Below are positions 56,751 through 64,000 of a stretch of 64,000 bases of DNA, piece after piece. A program made the position numbers and the translations under genes. The notes below the pieces were generated by a model that saw only the letters and a program-made list of their open reading frames with translations, was not told the origin of the DNA and ran no database searches. This stretch comes from Sporopachydermia quercuum. Lineage: Eukaryota. The stretch covers positions 788,413 to 852,412 of the forward strand of contig BCGN01000009.1 of assembly GCA_001599295.1 (NCBI GenBank). The letters are read 5' to 3'. Each line of letters begins with the position of its first letter. The stretch's first letter is position 1.

Positions 56751-58916
56751 TGTTTTGGTGGGGTGGCTAGTATGAAATTAGAGATCAATTGAGAGCAAAT
56801 CAAGGAGATACCTTAGAGTATTCTACTTGATTCTAGTTGATCAGCGAGGACGTAAGAGAAAGGTGAGAAGAAGAAAAGAACTAGCAGCGATGAAAAGAAT
56901 GAAGAAGTGGAAGGATGGAAGTATTTGTTTAGTGAAATTACCACTCATTTTGTTTCCCTTGGAATCACCAGAAAGGCCAGAGAGCCAAGCAACAATACAA
57001 ACACAAACACGAATCACACGAAAAAAAAAATGCCAGAAAACTCTATATTTTAAGGTGGGTAAATAGAGTTTGAGTTATCGACCACAGTTTGAAGGGACTT
57101 GAAACTTATTTAGAGTGTAATAGAGCTTTTTCAACGAGCACTGCCTGGTAAGGTTGCGATTGCTTTAAAAAGAGAATATTGTGAGGGGCCTGAATGTAGC
57201 ATATTATAGAAACTTGTTCAAGTGAATCAGTTTTATGGGGAAAGCATTTTATAATGAAGTCTCAGATGCCACAAGCAGACATTTCCCAAAATAGTGTTCA
57301 GAGCTGAACTTGATCTACGACTACCAGAGAAAACTACTATAACCAGCTGGGTTGCTTGAAGTATGAATGAGAATATTAAGCAAGATTAATGAGATATCAA
57401 TTAGTATCCATGATTTGGTAAATCTTTTCATTCGTTTTGTTCCAAGTGGTGTATTTTCTTTGGCATTCTTGACATGAATGTATTTTTCTCTCATTTCTNA
57501 AACCAAGTTAACCTTAAACATGCAGGGCTCTTCAGGGTCCTTTAGTTTGAACGTTAGATCACAACTCAAATGTTCCATGCGACAAAGATAATGGATATGG
57601 AATTAGGATAAAATAATTATCATTATTATTGAATTGAGAAAAAGTCTGTTCAGTTAAAGCAAATGTAAGTGTTTGTAGACTGACTTGCATTCTATAAAAG
57701 ACAATATAACTATCAGCAAACGAAATATAATACAGTTAAGTTAGATAGAATAGAAAAAAAGATCAACTGGTCATACCAAACAGAAANCAACACAACCGCT
57801 AATGGTAGATAGAAAATCTGTTACAATCATCTTTATTTAACGAAATCATTTTAAATGTTCATCATTATACACTTCAATGTTACCTACAATCTAACAGTGC
57901 CCTCAAAATCCATTTGAGGATGATGTTTCTTCGAAGGAACTTTGAATAGTATTCCCGATGGGTTTGACAGGTCTCTTGCATTCAAATGGGGTAATCACTA
58001 ATTTCGCGTTCCGTCAATTGGTTTTGCTCAAATTTCTACATATATACCGCGTAATCTTATTTATTTGGAAACTACAAGGTCAATAAGTAGATATAACTCG
58101 TAAGATGCAATATATATAGAATGTCAAAGCAGTCTATTATTAGATCTTTCAAGGGAGAGCAATAATAACTCAGCAGACCACCGACAAGGAATGGATTTAT
58201 CTGGAAGGTTAAGAAGTTAATTTAACACCTCGATTCTTAGACAAAATTCTGTTCTCTTTTTCTTCTGCTCTATCAAGTCTGTCTCATTCATATGATGAAA
58301 AAAATCCTTATTGAATTCTTCTGAACGAACAAATTATAGATTGTTGATTCAAATTCCCATTCATACTCTATCNTACCATAGCCTACTGACATAGCAAGTA
58401 CTCTCCAAGTCAAGACTTGTCCTGTTTGTTTGATTAACTATTTATTTATTTCCCTTTCGTGGGTGTTTATTTATCACCAATTGTCCCANGCCAAGATATA
58501 AATTACCCTCTACATGTTTTTATAGAAAATTTCAAAACTAAGTTTAATAAATATTCGAGGATTTAAAAGGTTTGAAAATAGTTATAACTTTGTTTTTATT
58601 TAGGATATTAGAATCTTCAATTTAATGATATCTTAAACCTTAAATAGTTCATATATAAACTTTATCCTTGATCATATCTTTCTATCTTTTTTTTAATTCG
58701 TCTTTACCTGCTCTTAAAAGTATAAAACAGCTTTAACCCCTATGAATATCAAGGGTTTAATCTATTACTTTTAATTGCTTCTATGCTGAAAAATTGACCT
58801 CTTAATAAGTGCTCCAGCCCAACTTCTACCATTCTTTTTACCTTATTCAACCTATCTACAATGCAGTATCATTTAATAATATTTATACTTATTTTATACA
58901 CCTAATAATAACCAAT

Positions 58917-60608
58917 TTAAACAAGAATAGCACCAATACTGGTGATCATGACAACAGATAAAAGTGAAACAAGTGCGACTTCAGTCATAAGAGATGCACC
59001 TTGAGCAGAGTACCTTCCAGCAGCTGCGTTATCTGAAGTTTCACTTGAATCTCCACCAGTTGTAGATTCAGAACCAGATGATGATGATCCAGTAGAATCA
59101 GAAGATGAGTCTCCAGTATTAGTAACAGAATCCTGACCAGTGATGGTACCGGCGATAGAAGCAGTTATAGTTCCAGTACCAACTGATCCTGCATCGTCCA
59201 AAGCAGCAGAACAAGCTGATAGAGTTGTAGCATCGTCATTAATAACAGCTGAACCACTGAAATCGCAAGAATCAGACTTCTTTCCGCTACTTACATAGTA
59301 TAAATTCAAAACAAATGAAAGCTTTTCTTTTGGTGAGCAGAATGAGAATGAGCCATACTCACCAGTGGTACCATTAGCACTAATACCTGAGCAGTCGACT
59401 TCATTGCAGACGTAGCTGTATAAATCCTCATAATCATCTTCATCAACATCGTCGCTGACAACACAACCCAATGATAATTGCATACAGTTACATATGTTTT
59501 CATTAGGAGTTGGTGGTAAATCAGTAGAAGCCTTCCAGAATGCCAATGTTGATGCAGGGCATTCTAAATCAGCAGCAGTAGGAGTATAATCAGCTTCTTG
59601 AACAATTGTTGGACTGATTGATGCAATTTCACTGCTGAGATAACCAAAGTCTTCTAATGTAGAAACAGAATCACCATCGACAGAAACAAGTCCATAGTTA
59701 TTAGCTTCTTCGTAATACATATAGACAATACCACCAGACCAAATATCATCCATGTCAGATCCATACAAGGCTTGAACCTCAGTGAACTTTCTTGGCTGAA
59801 CTTCATTGCAACCGTATTCTGAGAAGAATAAAGGAATGCTTAAGTTCTTCAATTCTTCAGTTCTATCTGCGTAACCGGATTTTTCAAAAGTGGAATCACC
59901 ACACCATTCATACATATTGATACCATAGAAATCGGCTTTTTCATCGTCACTACCGCAAGCAAAATAATCAGCAATAGCAACTCTAGTATCGGCATCATCA
60001 TTAGTGGAATAACCAACGGGGATTTCTCTATAACCTTTATCTTTAATATATGCTTTTGAATCTCTTAAGGCAGCTTTAACAAAAGCAGAAGCATCAGTAT
60101 TGGTGGAATTGTTAGTTACCTCATTACCAGCAAAGAAACCTAGGACGGAAGTATAATTTTGTAGAGAGTCAATAACACTTGTGTATCTATTGTATAAGTC
60201 AACTGTCCAAGCAGGGCTATCACGATTGATTGACAGATCAGGTTCAGATAAATCAGCAATGATGTAAATGCCTGCATCAGCGAACATATTGATACATTCA
60301 CTATGGTCATTATCAGGATTGATAGCATAAACACGAATGACATTGGTTTGCAAATCCATCAAATACGGTAAATCTCTTTCACAAGCTGATCCATCGGCTA
60401 AAGGATCACTGTATGAATCACCTTCGGTCAAATTTGCTGTGTCTGCTTGATAGGCAATACCTTTAATATAGAATTGAGAACCATTGTTCGAGTAGAAGAA
60501 TTTATTACCTTTGATTTCAATTGCAGGAGTTTCAGCATCAGCTCCAATTGCAACCTGGCACAAAGCTGCTAAACAAACAGCTAAGATCAATGACAATTTA
60601 TCGATCAT
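58917..60608 (-). CDS. GAS1: GPI-anchored 1,3-beta-glucanosyltransferase, GH72+ (Gas1/Phr-like), copy B
   Basis: Same motifs as copy A ([17 protein letters not shown]8 domain, GPI tail); tandem paralog. Exact ortholog uncertain. Confidence 0.88.
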   Translation of the reverse strand: MIDKLSLILAVCLAALCQVAIGADAETPAIEIKGNKFFYSNNGSQFYIKGIAYQADTANLTEGDSYSDPLADGSACERDLPYLMDLQTNVIRVYAINPDNDHSECINMFADAGIYIIADLSEPDLSINRDSPAWTVDLYNRYTSVIDSLQNYTSVLGFFAGNEVTNNSTNTDASAFVKAALRDSKAYIKDKGYREIPVGYSTNDDADTRVAIADYFACGSDDEKADFYGINMYEWCGDSTFEKSGYADRTEELKNLSIPLFFSEYGCNEVQPRKFTEVQALYGSDMDDIWSGGIVYMYYEEANNYGLVSVDGDSVSTLEDFGYLSSEIASISPTIVQEADYTPTAADLECPASTLAFWKASTDLPPTPNENICNCMQLSLGCVVSDDVDEDDYEDLYSYVCNEVDCSGISANGTTGEYGSFSFCSPKEKLSFVLNLYYVSSGKKSDSCDFSGSAVINDDATTLSACSAALDDAGSVGTGTITASIAGTITGQDSVTNTGDSSSDSTGSSSSGSESTTGGDSSETSDNAAAGRYSAQGASLMTEVALVSLLSVVMITSIGAILV

Positions 60609-63224
60609 TTTGTCTTGATGATTAGTTGATAATACTGCTGATAATGGGTATCCTATTCCCTTTTTCCATATAACAAATAATCAACCAGTTGCCAAGAAAA
60701 ATAAGCAATATGAAATTTGAAAATTGATCAGATTTAGTATTTGCCAAGATGTAGTTGATGTATGAAAATAACAAGAAAGGTTCTCTTAAAAGGATACTCA
60801 ACTGGTTTTATTTACTGAAAAGGAGACAAACATTCATGTCCTCGCCTATGTTTTGATCGAAGCTTGGTTAAATTATTATTGATAAACCGACTCTGTTACT
60901 ACATTTGGTTATTTTCCAACGCCCGGCAGCAGCGAAAATGGAAGTTAAATAATAATCACGTCTACTTAAAATCAATTGTAAGATGTTTTTATGTTGTTTC
61001 GAGATGAATTTGGCAGTGCTGGAGCTGTTGTAGAGGGCCTGCTAGGAACGAGAGTCTGATATGGCAGTGAAATATGAACGAATGGACCGACTTATTGTTT
61101 ATTATGGTAATGAATGGAATGGAATAATAATTGAGAGCGTTTTCATCATTGAATAAGTGGGAAAAAAGTCTGATCGGTCGTTCAGAGATCATTTGGTTAA
61201 ACCGCTACTATTACTTACTAGTTGATGCGTGTCTACAACGTTAGAACAAAAATACTTACTATCCACAGACGTGTTTCTCTCTATCCAAAGCTAAATCCGT
61301 ATTTCCACTGCTAAACAGGCATTTGATCACCATCCCCTCAAACAATGCGCTTCTTTTATTTAACAGTTCCCTTGAATTATTCACTGTTTGGCTCCTCCGG
61401 AAGCAAACTGAGTTGAATACCAAGCTTTTCTTAAGCATGCTAAGGTTCAGGAAAATAAATTACATAATATCACTCTAAGAATCTCCCAATCAATGAAAGA
61501 GGGTCTGGATAGACTCTACTTCCATGTAATCATTTATCTCACTCAGGACAGTTGTAAACCTAATCATCAAAACGTCGTTCTATACGCGTTAAATATCTAA
61601 AAATAGATATCGACGTTTCCNCTGCATGTCTGCAGTTGTCAGAGTAACATTTTGAGATTTACCTTATTCAGTACTGTTTTGTTTGTTCCACCCAGCAACG
61701 TCGATGCGGAAAAGTTTGTGGTTGGTGTGGAATGGAATTTGGTGTATAGCGTGTTGGGTGGGGGTGGGGATGGAGATAGAGACATTGCCCAGTTGAGGGG
61801 GTAGACATAGAAGGATGAAGAGTGAGAAACGGTGGTTTTTAGGGAATTTGGAGGATTGTAAGGATATCGATGAGATTATAAAGGGCTTTGTTTCGTACGT
61901 TTAGTAAATAGTCTGTGGCTATTTTTAGTTTAGTTTTCACTACCAAGTGGATGATGAGAAGCCTTGTATTAAGTCGCTCATGAAACACACGTAGAAGTTA
62001 GCGTGGCCGTGAAAGATGAATTTATGATTATGTGATCTGTAATTTTGGAAAGACTGTAAGAGAGTTGAAATGAATGGTACGAGAGTGTTTTATGGGCAGA
62101 AAAGTATGATTCTTAGTAATAGAGTGGAACAAAATAGTTCAATTCTGCATTTTGTAGTTAACGGTTGTAATTTTATAAATTTAGCGGCAACTGAGTTAAC
62201 AGGCTGGAGAATGCTCAACTGCTCCTCTGATCCTCGTTATAAATAAGTAGATTTTGGAAACGATAACAATCCCATCAGTACATCCGAGTTCTCCGGTTTC
62301 ATCAAAACCTGATTGAGCACTTTTTTGCCCATTCACTCTTTTGATTGCCACTCACGCTCAACAATTCAAACCATTGAGTTGCGCCCAAAGCCACATTTAT
62401 ATCACTAACTTTGATATTCAACGTTGACTCGTTCAATCAGTTGGATGAACAATTCGATCAGAGGAAAGTAACTCTTATTATATATGGTTACGTAATCTGT
62501 TTATATAGAGGTATCTTTATGATTATGTCATCATGAAGTAAGCTCTAAACTCGGTTGAAGTGCACGTTTAACTATCACCATTTAAAAGCCCATTAGTAGT
62601 CTATTCACAGCTTTTCAGCACCTCAACTTTCCATTACCTACAAACTATCGTCGCCATCATATTCACTAGTAACTTCCTAGCTTCTTCCGTCTCGATAAAA
62701 ATTACCACTTTCTACGTGCATACTCTCCTCATGCTACTTCTCTCTACTCCTGTTTACATCACAACCTAAGTCTACATCATACCGCTAATATCAAATCAAT
62801 TCACAATTCAACATTATACCAAGATAACAAACAAATACTAATAATATCATTGACAGGCAAATCATGTAAAAGCGCTGTAATTACAACACTAGAAACCAAA
62901 TGAAAGCAATGAATAAGAAAACCACTTACATATCCTTTTTCACTTCATAAAATCACCTGCCAAAAACTAAAATAGAAATATAAAATAAGTAAAATATACC
63001 AGTACTAATAATAAGAAAACATTTTCCACCCTCCATCCTTCAAAGTAATAATCTATTCACAATGACAATATTCTACTTCTTATTATTCTTCTTCATCTTC
63101 TCCTACTTCACCTTAAACTTCACATAGACTATTTGTATAAGCATTGCAAGCTCCTTACTAATACAATCATGATCTAGCTCCAGCGCCAACTTCTATTATA
63201 ATTCCTTCATTACAAACAATCACT

Positions 63225-64000
63225 TTAATAATGAATAGTAGACCAGGTAACTGCTGAAGGTGTTCCTGACAGAATATATGAAGGAGCATTTGGTCCAGTA
63301 TCATTATTATTCAATCCAATCGGTTGGAATAATCCGTCAGCAAACGTCGGCAAGTCGTCAACAAACTTAGTGCCAATGTTCTTACCAGCAACAGCTGGTC
63401 CAGCAATCATTCCAACGAAAATAGCCATAATAACGAAGTACAAAGTAGAGTACTTTCTAATCATACGTTTTCTTAGCTTATTCTGCTTGATGGAGAAGAT
63501 GGGAGGTCTGATTTGTCGTGATGGTTTCAACCAGAACAACATCATAGAATGGAACTTATCAACATAAGGAATAAGAACAAATGGGGTTTGAACAAATAAG
63601 ATCCAATGGGCCAAGAAGAAATCTCCTGCAAAGTAACTCATTTCAATGATCTTACATAAGTATTCTCTTCCTGGTTGGGTGATATTCATCCATCCCATAC
63701 CACTGCCGTACCACTTACCACTCCAGAATGCTCTGTTAGCATGGTCATGCTTGAATTCACGAGTTAAACAGCAAACAATGAGGATGTTGAAAAATGCTCT
63801 TTGACAGCAGATAGATGCAATGAGACCCAATAGAGCAGAGGTGAAGTTCCAACTCTGGAAGTACCACATGACTTCAAAAAACACAACGTGGACAATAACT
63901 GCAACACCATGAGCAATACCAGCCATAACAGAGGCTGTTTGTTTACAGCAGAGACCTAATAAAGGTCCAGCGCAGCAGGCAATACCCATGAGCAAACCAC
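63225..64000 (-). CDS. FKS1: 1,3-beta-glucan synthase catalytic subunit, C-terminal part (gene continues beyond the window)
   Basis: CCAGPLLGLCCK, LTREFKHDHANRAFWSGKWY, TQPGRE..CKIIE, DKFHSMMLFWLKPSRQIRPPI.S.KQ..LRKR, GLFQP...NNDTG. Confidence 0.92.
   Translation of the reverse strand, partial: GLLMGIACCAGPLLGLCCKQTASVMAGIAHGVAVIVHVVFFEVMWYFQSWNFTSALLGLIASICCQRAFFNILIVCCLTREFKHDHANRAFWSGKWYGSGMGWMNITQPGREYLCKIIEMSYFAGDFFLAHWILFVQTPFVLIPYVDKFHSMMLFWLKPSRQIRPPIFSIKQNKLRKRMIRKYSTLYFVIMAIFVGMIAGPAVAGKNIGTKFVDDLPTFADGLFQPIGLNNNDTGPNAPSYILSGTPSAVTWSTIHY

Overview
AT-rich budding-yeast (Saccharomycotina-type) genomic DNA with apparently intronless genes. CUG occupies conserved Leu positions, suggesting the standard code. 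Recognisable genes, in order: UBP12, RBK1, LAP2 (LTA4H/M1 aminopeptidase), GEA1/2-like Arf-GEF, SLA1, MPO1-like DUF962, a DUF4246 2OG/Fe-oxygenase-like gene, KRE6/SKN1, PSE1/KAP121, PXR1, two tandem GAS/PHR (GH72) genes and the 3' end of an FKS glucan synthase. Two regions are unusual. (1) A ~10.9 kb gap with no intact recognisable gene (5.6-16.5 kb) contains heavily decayed LTR-retrotransposon pieces that the ORF track misses: a copia RT/RNase H, a copia integrase, and an opposite-strand Gag zinc knuckle plus protease. This is a candidate regional-centromere or transposon-graveyard locus. (2) Between PSE1 and PXR1 lie two related, stand-alone Ty1/copia-derived RT-RNase H genes with no visible gag, integrase or LTRs. 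One (51507-53261) is an intact 584-aa ORF in which the catalytic acidic residues of both domains appear replaced; the other (47527-49135) is disrupted. They look like a domesticated retrotransposon pseudo-enzyme family. All assignments are by eye from motif recognition; no searches were run.
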